In this document: piece after piece, positions 46,940 to 55,068 of the stretch
Layout of the letters: the number at the start of each line of letters is the position of its first letter
Numbering within the stretch: position 1 is the first letter of the stretch
Source: an uncultured Oscillospiraceae bacterium
GTDB lineage: Bacteria; Bacillota; Clostridia; Oscillospirales; Oscillospiraceae
DNA: 64,000 nt
Assembly: GCA_947627735.1 (NCBI GenBank)
Contig: CANQXG010000001.1
Location: 80,406-144,405 of the forward strand
Direction of reading: 5' to 3'
The notes under the pieces: generated by a model
What the model was told of the DNA's origin: nothing
The model's input: only the letters and a program-made list of their open reading frames with translations
Databases searched by the model: none
Made by a program: the position numbers and the translations under genes

Positions 46940-48920
46940 CAAGACCAAGAGCATATGGGCCCAGCTGAAGGCCCGCATCGCCGTGGACAGCGTGGACACC
47001 GACGATGAACGCATCTATAAAAACGTCCGCGGCGGCCCCGGCGGAGGCCGGGATTACCGCAAGCCCAAGGACGCCAAGGGCACCCTGATCCGGGTGCTGG
47101 GCTACGCTGGGAAGAACAAGGCGCTGTTCGCGCTGGTGCTGGTGACCATGCTCATCTCCACCTTCTGCTCCCTGGCGGCCAGCTATTACCTCAAGCCCCT
47201 GATCGACGACTACATCGTGCCGCTGATCACCAGCCCCGAGAAGGACTTCTCCGCCCTGGCCCGGCAGCTGATGATCCTGGCGGGGATCTATCTGGCCAGC
47301 GCCCTGGCCACCTACCTGACCTCCCGCACCTGCATGACCCTGGCCCAGTGGGCCACCAACGCCCTGCGGCGGGACCTGTTCAGCGCGCTGCAGGATATGC
47401 CCATCACCTACTTCGACCAGCACACCCACGGGGAGCTGATGAGCCGGTTCTCCAACGACGCGGACAACGTGCAGATGTGCCTGGAACAGGGCATCGTGCA
47501 GTTTTTGAGCGGCATCATCACCTTCGTGGGCACGGTGGTGCTGATGATAAGTCTGAGCTGGAAGCTGTTTCTGATAACCCTTTTGACCATCGGCCTGTCC
47601 TTCGGCCTGGTCCGGGGCATCGGCCGGTACTCCCGCATCCTCTTCAAAAAGCAGCAGGCGTCCCTGGGCGCGCTGAACGGCTACATCGAGGAGATGCTGG
47701 ACGGGCTGAAGGTGGTCAAGGCCTTCAACTACGAGGAGCGGGCCAAGGCCGGCTTCGACGAGTGCAACGACGAGTACCGGGAAAACGCCATCTTCGCCAA
47801 CTTCCTGGGCAACATCATCTTCCCCACCATGAACGCGGTGATGAACCTGTGCTACGCCGTCACCGCTGTGCTGGGCGGCTTCATGACCCTGGCAGGCCGG
47901 TTCACCATCGGCTCGCTGGGGGTCTACCTCAACTACATCCGCCAGGTGACCATGCCCATCAACATGATGTCCAACCAGGCCATCAACCTGTTCTCCGCCA
48001 TCGCCGGCGCCGAGCGCATCTTCGCCATCATCGACCACGAGCCGGAGCCGGACGACGGCGCCGTGACCCTGGTCACCGTGGACCGGGCGCCGGACGGCAC
48101 CCTTACCGAAACAGGCCACGGCGAGCGCACCGGCTTCTGGGCCTGGAAGATCCCCCAGCCCGACGGCAGCTATGAGTTCCGGGAGGTCATGGGCAACGTG
48201 CGCCTGGAGGACGTGCACTTCTCCTACGTGCCCGGAAAGCCGGTGCTCAACGGCATCACCGTCTGGGCCAAGCCCGGCCAGAAGATCGCCTTCGTGGGTT
48301 CCACCGGCGCGGGCAAGACCACCATCACCAACCTGATAAACCGCTTCTATGAGATCGACAGCGGACGCATCCTCTTCGACGGCATCGACGTCAAGGACAT
48401 CAAAAAGGCCGGCCTGCGCCGGAGCATGGGCATCGTGCTGCAGGACACGGACCTGTTCACCGGCACGGTGATGGACAACATCCGCTACGGCAAGCTGGAC
48501 GCCACGGACGAGGAGTGCATCGCCGCGGCCAAGTCCGCCAACGCCCACGGCTTCATCTCCCGCCTGCCGAACGGATATGACACCATGATAACCGGCAACG
48601 GCCAGAACCTCTCCCAGGGCCAGCGGCAGCTGCTGGCCATCGCCCGCACCGCCGTGGCCAAGCACCCGGTGATGATCCTGGACGAGGCCACCAGCTCCAT
48701 CGACACCCGCACCGAGAAGCTCATCGACCGGGGCATGGACGCGCTGATGGAGGGCCGGACGGTGTTCGTCATCGCCCACCGCCTCTCCACCGTCCGCAAC
48801 GCCCAGGCCATCGTGGTCATCGAGCACGGCCAGATCGTGGAGCGTGGCAGCCACGAGGAGCTGCTGGATCAAAAGGGCCGGTACTACATGCTCTACACCG
48901 GCCAGAGCGAGCTTGACTGA
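46932..48920 (+). CDS. ABC exporter half-transporter (TMD-NBD), subunit with consensus NBD (662 aa)
   Basis: ATGGCTGA overlap with the upstream gene. Walker [10 protein letters not shown], non-canonical signature LSQGQRQ, Walker [11 protein letters not shown]-loop VIAHRLS. Confidence 0.9.
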   Translation: MADKTKSIWAQLKARIAVDSVDTDDERIYKNVRGGPGGGRDYRKPKDAKGTLIRVLGYAGKNKALFALVLVTMLISTFCSLAASYYLKPLIDDYIVPLITSPEKDFSALARQLMILAGIYLASALATYLTSRTCMTLAQWATNALRRDLFSALQDMPITYFDQHTHGELMSRFSNDADNVQMCLEQGIVQFLSGIITFVGTVVLMISLSWKLFLITLLTIGLSFGLVRGIGRYSRILFKKQQASLGALNGYIEEMLDGLKVVKAFNYEERAKAGFDECNDEYRENAIFANFLGNIIFPTMNAVMNLCYAVTAVLGGFMTLAGRFTIGSLGVYLNYIRQVTMPINMMSNQAINLFSAIAGAERIFAIIDHEPEPDDGAVTLVTVDRAPDGTLTETGHGERTGFWAWKIPQPDGSYEFREVMGNVRLEDVHFSYVPGKPVLNGITVWAKPGQKIAFVGSTGAGKTTITNLINRFYEIDSGRILFDGIDVKDIKKAGLRRSMGIVLQDTDLFTGTVMDNIRYGKLDATDEECIAAAKSANAHGFISRLPNGYDTMITGNGQNLSQGQRQLLAIARTAVAKHPVMILDEATSSIDTRTEKLIDRGMDALMEGRTVFVIAHRLSTVRNAQAIVVIEHGQIVERGSHEELLDQKGRYYMLYTGQSELD

Positions 48921-48921
48921 T

Positions 48922-49512
48922 ATGGACTTTTTCAAGGAAAACGCCCCCGCCGGCCCCGACAGCTGGGAAAAGCTGCTGGCCGACTGCGGCGGGTGCATGA
49001 AATGCGAGCTGGGCCGGACCCGGCACAACCTGGTCTTCGGCGTGGGCAGCCGCACGGCGGACGTGATGTTCATCGGCGAGGGCCCCGGCGAGCAGGAGGA
49101 CCTGAAGGGCGAACCCTTCGTGGGTCCCGCGGGAAAGCTGCTGGACGTGATGCTGGAGCTGATCGGCCTGGACCGCACCCAGGTGTACATCGCCAACATC
49201 GTCAAGTGCCGCCCGCCCCGGAACCGGGACCCCCTGCCCGACGAGCAGGCCGCCTGCATCGGCTGGCTGGAGCGGCAGATCGACCTGGTCCAGCCCAAGA
49301 TACTGGTCTTTCTGGGCCGCATCGCCGCCATGGCCTTCATCAAGCCGGACTTCCGCATCACCAAGGAGCACGGCCAGTGGTTCGACGTCCAGGGCCGCCG
49401 GGCCATGGCCATGTACCACCCCTCCGCCCTGCTCCGAGACCCCAGCAAGCGCCCGGAGACTTTCGTGGACATGAAAACACTTCGACAGGAGATAGACAGT
49501 CTTTATGATTGA
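48922..49512 (+). CDS. uracil-DNA glycosylase, family 4 (196 aa)
   Basis: [56 protein letters not shown] and MYHPSALLR. Confidence 0.88.
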   Translation: MDFFKENAPAGPDSWEKLLADCGGCMKCELGRTRHNLVFGVGSRTADVMFIGEGPGEQEDLKGEPFVGPAGKLLDVMLELIGLDRTQVYIANIVKCRPPRNRDPLPDEQAACIGWLERQIDLVQPKILVFLGRIAAMAFIKPDFRITKEHGQWFDVQGRRAMAMYHPSALLRDPSKRPETFVDMKTLRQEIDSLYD

Positions 49513-50401
49513 TCTGCACCCCGTGACCCTGGCCGATAAGGCCTGGGTGGACCCCATCGTGCTGGCGGAGAACTCCCCCAGCGCGGACTACAACTTCGGC
49601 AACATCTTCCTCTGGGATGAAACCTACCGCCAGCAGATAGGCCGCCTGGGCGGGCGGATGGTGGTGCTGCTCAGCTATGAGCACCGCCCCTTCTTCGCCT
49701 GGCCCGTCGGCAGCGGCGACGCCGCCCCCGTGCTGGACGAGATGCGCGCCTATGCCCGGGAGCAGGGCTTTGATTTCGTGCTCCGGGGCGTGACGGCGGA
49801 TCACCTGCCCCTGGTCCGGGCGCTGTGGGGGGACGGCTGCGCCGTCACGCCGGAGCGGGACCTGTGGGACTACCTCTATTCCGCCGAGAAGCTGGACACC
49901 CTCTCCGGCAAGCACCTGCACGGCAAGCGCAACCACATCCACCGCTTCGAACAGGAATACGACTGGCGCTTCACCCCCCTGACGGAGGACCTGTTCGACC
50001 CCTGCCGGGCCATGCTGGACCGGTGGATGGAGAGCTGCGGCGAGGACGAGCGGGACGGCATCGACGACGAGTACCGGGCCATCCGGCGTGCCTTTGAATA
50101 CTACGGCCCCCTGGGCCTGGACGGGGGCGTGCTGTGGGCGGGTGGCCGGATCGTGGCCTTCTCCATCGGGGAGATGGCCAGCGCCGACACCTTCGACGCC
50201 CACTTTGAAAAGGCATATAGCGACGTCAACGGCGCCTATCCCATGATCAACCGGGAGTTCGTGCGCCACATCCGCGCCGTGCACCCCCAGGTGCAGTGGA
50301 TCAACCGGGAGGACGACACCGGCAGGCCCAGTCTGCGCCAGTCCAAGCTGACCTACCACCCCGACCGGATGGTGGAAAAATACATGGTGGAGCTGATCTG
50401 A
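49505..50401 (+). CDS. DUF2156 (MprF C-terminal / aminoacyl-tRNA-transferase-like GNAT-fold) protein (298 aa)
   Basis: FGNIFLWDETY, LSGKHLHGKRNHIHRFEQEY and INREDDTGRPSLRQSKLTYHPDRMVEKY match the DUF2156 family pattern. Confidence 0.8.
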   Translation: MIDLHPVTLADKAWVDPIVLAENSPSADYNFGNIFLWDETYRQQIGRLGGRMVVLLSYEHRPFFAWPVGSGDAAPVLDEMRAYAREQGFDFVLRGVTADHLPLVRALWGDGCAVTPERDLWDYLYSAEKLDTLSGKHLHGKRNHIHRFEQEYDWRFTPLTEDLFDPCRAMLDRWMESCGEDERDGIDDEYRAIRRAFEYYGPLGLDGGVLWAGGRIVAFSIGEMASADTFDAHFEKAYSDVNGAYPMINREFVRHIRAVHPQVQWINREDDTGRPSLRQSKLTYHPDRMVEKYMVELI

Positions 50402-51255
50402 TGAGCGAGTGGACACTGCGTTCCTGGCGGGAGGCCGATCTGCCCGCCCTGCGGTCCCTGTGGGCGAACGCCTTCGGGGACGACGAGGCATATATCCGCA
50501 CCTTCCATAACCTGTTTCTCCGGCCCGGCTCCTGCATCGTGGCCCAGGCGGAGGACCAGGTGGTCTCGGCCATGTACATCCTGGAGGGGCCGCTGCTGTT
50601 CCCCCCCGCCGACACCGCCATGTCCACCGCCTACACCTACGCCCTGGCCACGGACCCCGCCTGGCGGGGCCGGGGCATCGGCACGGCGGTGTACCACGCC
50701 TGCGTGGCCTCGGCGCTGGAGCGGCAGGACGCGGCGTGCGTGCTGCCGGCGGAGCCGGCGCTGTACGACTTTTACGCCAAGGCCGCCGGCGCCTCGCCGG
50801 TGAGCTACGCCCGGGAGGGGACGGTCCTGCCGGAGGACCTGGCCGGCCTGGCCCGGAACAAGGCCCAGCCCGTCAGCGCGGGCGAGTATTTCCTGCGGCG
50901 CAAATCCCTGCTGCGGGGCCAGCCCTACGCCGTCATCTCCGGGTCGTTCCTGACCATGGAGAGCTACACCATGAAGCGCTTCGGCGGCGGGTTCTTCTCC
51001 GTGGAGGGGGACATCGCCGCGGCGGAGATGGACGGGGACACCTGCCGGGTGCTGGAGCTGCTGGCTCCCGGCGGGGACTGGATGGAGGTGCTGGCCGCGG
51101 TGGCGGAAAAGCTGCCCGCCAAGGCCTATCAGGTCCGCTCCCCCCTGTTCATGCCCGGCCCGGAGCAGACCCGCCCGTTCATGCTGGCCGCCTTCCGGCC
51201 CAGCAGCGCCGCCCGGATGCCCAAGGGGCTTTGGTGGGGCTTTGCCTTCGACTGA
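50401..51255 (+). CDS. GNAT-family N-acetyltransferase with C-terminal extension (284 aa)
   Basis: GNAT motif A ALATDPAWRGRGIGTAV. The start overlaps the upstream stop. Confidence 0.75.
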   Translation: MSEWTLRSWREADLPALRSLWANAFGDDEAYIRTFHNLFLRPGSCIVAQAEDQVVSAMYILEGPLLFPPADTAMSTAYTYALATDPAWRGRGIGTAVYHACVASALERQDAACVLPAEPALYDFYAKAAGASPVSYAREGTVLPEDLAGLARNKAQPVSAGEYFLRRKSLLRGQPYAVISGSFLTMESYTMKRFGGGFFSVEGDIAAAEMDGDTCRVLELLAPGGDWMEVLAAVAEKLPAKAYQVRSPLFMPGPEQTRPFMLAAFRPSSAARMPKGLWWGFAFD

Positions 51256-51406
51256 GCCGCCGATTACGGTAAACTTTTCGCGTTTTCCGAAAACTTCATA
51301 CTTTCGTAATAACCTTTCACTTTATTTTGTAACATCCGGCAGGTATACTAATAATCGCAAGAGTCAGTTTCATCTTTTTCATTTTGTCCTCAATCCATAG
51401 GGGAAT

Positions 51407-51476
51407 CGCCGGAACATGGTCGCAAGGTTCCGGCGGTTTTCCTTTTTTTGCGCCGGGCGGCCTCCGTTCCCGGCGC
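51407..51476 (+). promoter_or_regulatory. leader with an intrinsic-terminator-like hairpin plus a second hairpin upstream of the GTPase-NYN gene
   Basis: Hairpin 1 is cgccggaac / gttccggcg (51407-51435) followed by gttttccttttttt. Hairpin 2 is gcgccggg / cccggcgc (51450-51476). Both lie 30-100 nt upstream of the ATG at 51506. Confidence 0.55.
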
Positions 51477-51505
51477 TATGTATTGCGGAGCACGGGAGCA
51501 ACTGT

Positions 51506-54058
51506 ATGAACCGGAACCTCACCGTCGGCATCCTGGCCCATGTGGACGCGGGCAAGACCACCCTGGCCGAGGCCATGCTGTACCAGACGGGAAAACTGAA
51601 AAAGCTGGGGCGGGTGGACCACCGGGACACCTTCCTGGACACCCACGAGCTGGAGCGGGCCAGGGGCATCACCATCTTCTCCAAGCAGGCCATCCTGCCC
51701 CTGGGGGACAAGACCGTGACGCTGCTGGACACCCCGGGCCACGTGGACTTCTCCCCGGAGACGGAGCGGGCGCTGCAGGTGCTGGACTGCGCCGTGCTGG
51801 TCATCAGCGGCACCGACGGCGTCCAGGCCCACACGGAGACGCTGTGGGAGCTGCTGGAGCGGTATAAGGTCCCCGCGTTCCTGTTCGTGACGAAGATGGA
51901 CGTGGCCGGCACGGACCGGGACCGGCTCATGGCGGACATCCGCGCCCGGCTGGGGGACGGCTGCGTGGACTTCTCCGGCGACGCCGCCGCCCGGGACGAG
52001 GCGGTGGCCCTGCTGGACGAGGCGGTGCTGGACCGGTATGCCGCCGGCGGCGGCATATCCGACGCCGACGTGACCGGCCTCATCCGTGGCCGGAAGCTGT
52101 TTCCCTGCTACTTCGGCTCGGGGCTGAAGCTGCAGGGGGTGGACGAATTTCTCGCGGGGCTGGACCGGTACGTCCTCCCGCCCGCCTGCCCGGACGCCTT
52201 CGCCGCCCGTGTCTACAAGATCGGCAGGGATGGCCGGGGCGAGCGGCTGACATACCTGAAGCTCACCGGCGGGAGCCTGTCCGTGCGGGAGCCGGTGCGC
52301 TATCTGCCCCTGGGCGAAACGGAGCCTGTGGAGGAGAAGATCAGCCAGATCCGGCTCTACTCCGGGCTGAAATATGACGCCGTCCCCTCCCTGGAGGCGG
52401 GGCGGGTGTGCGCGGTGACAGGCCTGTCCCGCACCTGGCCGGGCCAGGGTCTGGGCGCGGAGCCGGACGGGGCCGCCCCCTGGCTCACCCCCGCCATGGG
52501 CTACCGGATCGTGCTGCCCAAGGGGTGCGACCCCCGGATGATGCTGCCCCGGCTGAAGACCCTGGAGGAGGAAGAACCCCAGCTGCACATCCTGTGGCAG
52601 GAGCGGCTGGGCGAGATCCAGGTCCAGCTCATGGGCGCGGTACAGATCGAGATCCTCAAGAGCCTGGTCAAGGAGCGCTTCGACGTGGACGTGGACATCG
52701 CCGACCGGCAGGTCCTCTACCGGGAGACCATCGCCGACACGGTGGAGGGCGTGGGCCACTTCGAGCCTCTGCGCCACTACGCGGAGGTGCACCTGCTGCT
52801 GGAACCGGGCGCGCCCGGCTCCGGCATCGAGCTGGCCAGCGCCTGTCCGGAGGACCTGCTGGACCGGAACTGGCAGCGGCTGATCCTCACCCACTTGGAG
52901 GAGAAGCAGCACCTGGGCGTGCTCACCGGCTCCCCCCTTACGGACGTGAAGATCACCCTCATGGCGGGCCGCGCCCATCTGAAGCACACCGAGGGCGGGG
53001 ACTTCCGCCAGGCCACCTACCGGGCGGTGCGCCAGGGGCTGATGCAGGCCAAGAGCGTGCTGCTGGAGCCATGGTACGCCTTCCGGCTGGAGGTGCCCTC
53101 CCCCCTGATAGGCCGGGCCATCACCGACATCCGGGCCATGGGCGGCGAGCACGCCAGCCCCATCCCCCAGGGGGACAGGACGGTGCTGACCGGCTCCGCG
53201 CCCGTGTCCGCCATGGCCGACTACGCCGCGGACCTGGCGGCCTATACCGGCGGCCGGGGCCGCTTCGCCTGCCACGTGGAGGGCTACCGGCCCTGCCACG
53301 ACGCCGCCGCGGTCATCGCCCGGCTGGGCTATGACCCCCAGGCGGACCTGGACAACACCCCGGACAGCGTCTTTTGCGCCCACGGGGCGGGCTTCAACGT
53401 CAAGTGGGACCAGGTGCCCTCTTACATGCACCTAGGAAGCTGCCTGCCCTCCCCCGGCCAGACGGAGGCGGAAACGCCGGCGGTGCGGGAGCGGAACCTG
53501 GACATCGACGAAAAGGAGCTGGAGGCCATCATGGTCCGGGAGTTCGGCCCCATCCGCCGGCCCGTGTACTCTGCGCCCCAGGTGAACAGCGCCATCGGCG
53601 TGGAGATGCACGCTCGGAAAAAGCCGGAGCACATCATCGTGGACGGGTACAACGTGATCTTCGCCTGGGACGAGCTGAAGGACCTGGCCGACCGGAGCCT
53701 GGACCTGGCCCGGAGCAGGCTTCTGGACATGCTGGCCAACTACCAGGGCTACACCAAGTGCGACCTGGCGGTGGTGTTCGACGCCTACAAGGTCCCCGGC
53801 GGGGCCGGCAGCCGCACCAGCCACGGCAGCGTGCGGGTGGCCTACACCCGGGAGGGGGAAACGGCGGACATGTACATCGAGCGCCTGACGGACGAGATCG
53901 GCAAGAACGAGACCGTCCGGGTGGTGACCTCCGACCGGCTGGTCCAGCTGGGGGCCTTCCGGGCCGGGGTGCTGCGCACCTCCTCGGGGGAATTTCACGC
54001 CGAGGTGGAGTGGGTCCTGGACCAGATCGCCCAGGCGGTGAAACGAACGCAGTTTTGA
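51506..54058 (+). CDS. EF-G/TetM-family translational GTPase fused to a C-terminal Rae1/YacP-type NYN ribonuclease domain (850 aa)
   Basis: G1 AHVDAGKTT, G3 DTPGHVDF and G4 TKMD. Domains II-V are colinear with TetM/EF-G to about aa 640. A linker follows, then aa 708-850 carry IIVDGYNVIFAW, VVFDAY, ETADMYIERL and VVTSD, matching B. subtilis Rae1/YacP. It is one uninterrupted ORF. Confidence 0.85.
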   Translation: MNRNLTVGILAHVDAGKTTLAEAMLYQTGKLKKLGRVDHRDTFLDTHELERARGITIFSKQAILPLGDKTVTLLDTPGHVDFSPETERALQVLDCAVLVISGTDGVQAHTETLWELLERYKVPAFLFVTKMDVAGTDRDRLMADIRARLGDGCVDFSGDAAARDEAVALLDEAVLDRYAAGGGISDADVTGLIRGRKLFPCYFGSGLKLQGVDEFLAGLDRYVLPPACPDAFAARVYKIGRDGRGERLTYLKLTGGSLSVREPVRYLPLGETEPVEEKISQIRLYSGLKYDAVPSLEAGRVCAVTGLSRTWPGQGLGAEPDGAAPWLTPAMGYRIVLPKGCDPRMMLPRLKTLEEEEPQLHILWQERLGEIQVQLMGAVQIEILKSLVKERFDVDVDIADRQVLYRETIADTVEGVGHFEPLRHYAEVHLLLEPGAPGSGIELASACPEDLLDRNWQRLILTHLEEKQHLGVLTGSPLTDVKITLMAGRAHLKHTEGGDFRQATYRAVRQGLMQAKSVLLEPWYAFRLEVPSPLIGRAITDIRAMGGEHASPIPQGDRTVLTGSAPVSAMADYAADLAAYTGGRGRFACHVEGYRPCHDAAAVIARLGYDPQADLDNTPDSVFCAHGAGFNVKWDQVPSYMHLGSCLPSPGQTEAETPAVRERNLDIDEKELEAIMVREFGPIRRPVYSAPQVNSAIGVEMHARKKPEHIIVDGYNVIFAWDELKDLADRSLDLARSRLLDMLANYQGYTKCDLAVVFDAYKVPGGAGSRTSHGSVRVAYTREGETADMYIERLTDEIGKNETVRVVTSDRLVQLGAFRAGVLRTSSGEFHAEVEWVLDQIAQAVKRTQF

Positions 54059-54093
54059 CCCCGCCGCGCCAACGGCGCGCACCGCCTGGAACG

Positions 54094-54305
54094 CCTCCCC
54101 TGTGCAAGGGGAGGTGGGCGCCTCACGGGGTCCCCAAAAGGCACGCTTGCCTTTTGGGGAGAGGAGGAGCCGCGAGCCATTTGAGCCATGCCGCTTGCGG
54201 CATGGGGAGACCTGGCCACGCGTGCTCCGACGAGGCGGAGGGGTTGTCGGACAATCCCTCAGTCACCGCCTGGTGGCGGCGACAGCTCCCTTTACACAAG
54301 GGAGC
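54094..54305. repeat. composite GC-rich palindromic repeat element (cluster of at least 5 hairpins)
   Basis: Hairpins at 54094-54114, 54131-54160 (13-bp stem), 54186-54205, 54262-54283 and 54285-54305. The outer hairpins are mutually inverted copies. The element shares a core with 56588-56618. Confidence 0.7.
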
Positions 54306-54377
54306 CGTCAATAATGTGCGCCTGCGGCGCGACAACTTCCCCTTTCCCACAGTACGACAGGATCGGAGGATATTTCG

Positions 54378-55007
54378 ATGTTCGATTTCAAGAAAGAGTA
54401 CAAAGAATTTTACATGCCCAAGAACAAGCCGGAGATCGTGAACGTTCCCAGGGCGAACTATATCGCGGTCCGGGGCCAGGGCGACCCCAACGAGGCCGGC
54501 GGCGCCTATCAGCGGGCGATCGGCATATTGTACGCCGTGGCGTACACCCTGAAGATGAGCTACAAGACGGACCATAAGATCGAGGGCTTTTATGAGTACG
54601 TGGTGCCGCCCCTGGAGGGCTTCTGGCAACAGGACGGCATCGAGGGCGTGGACCATTCCAACAAGGCCGCGTTCCGCTGGATCTCCGTCATCCGGCTGCC
54701 GGAGTTCGTCACGAAAGAGGACTTCGACTGGGCCGTGGACACGGCGGGCAGGAAAAAGAAGATGGACTGCTCGCCCGCGGAGTTTCTGACCGTGGAGGAG
54801 GGCCTGTGCGTTCAGATCATGCACCTGGGCACGTTTGACGACGAGCCTGCGACCGTGGCCGTCATGGACGCGTACCTTGCGCAAAACGGGTACGCGAACG
54901 ATCTCTCCGCCGGCAGGCTCCACCATGAGATCTACATGTCCGACGCGCGGAAAGTCCCTCCGGAGAAGTGGAAAACCGTCATCCGCCACCCGATCAAAAA
55001 GCTGTGA
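54378..55007 (+). CDS. GyrI-like small-molecule-binding domain protein (209 aa)
   Basis: MFDFKKEYKEFYMPKNKPEIVNVPRANYIAVRGQGDPN and LCVQIMHLGTFDDEP are typical of the roughly 200-aa GyrI-like family. Confidence 0.7.
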   Translation: MFDFKKEYKEFYMPKNKPEIVNVPRANYIAVRGQGDPNEAGGAYQRAIGILYAVAYTLKMSYKTDHKIEGFYEYVVPPLEGFWQQDGIEGVDHSNKAAFRWISVIRLPEFVTKEDFDWAVDTAGRKKKMDCSPAEFLTVEEGLCVQIMHLGTFDDEPATVAVMDAYLAQNGYANDLSAGRLHHEIYMSDARKVPPEKWKTVIRHPIKKL

Positions 55008-55068
55008 ACCCCTCCCCTTCGCCGGACAAAAGCCGCCGAGGGGGACATGAGCCGAAGGAGATCCAACT

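Noticed and set aside
46776-49472. 898-aa minus-strand ORF
   Set aside because: It is antisense to the ABC exporter subunit 2 and the UDG gene, both of which have canonical motifs on the plus strand.
51416-51505. In-frame upstream ATG giving a 30-aa N-terminal extension of the GTPase
   Set aside because: The ATG lies in the loop of the terminator-like hairpin. The extension (MVARFRRFSFFCAGRPPFP...) is not GTPase-like. EF-G/TetM proteins start a few residues before the G1 motif, as the ATG at 51506 does.
51506-53430. TetM/TetO-type tetracycline ribosomal protection (resistance) gene
   Set aside because: The overall fold is similar, but the domain-IV loop residues used by TetM/TetO (YSPVS region) are absent. 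There is no Tn916-like context. The C-terminal NYN fusion argues for a different function.
54094-54305. Possible CRISPR array or structured ncRNA gene
   Set aside because: The hairpins are not identical direct repeats with regular spacers. I recognise no known RNA family (tmRNA, RNase P, SRP, 6S). A palindromic repeat element is the better fit.
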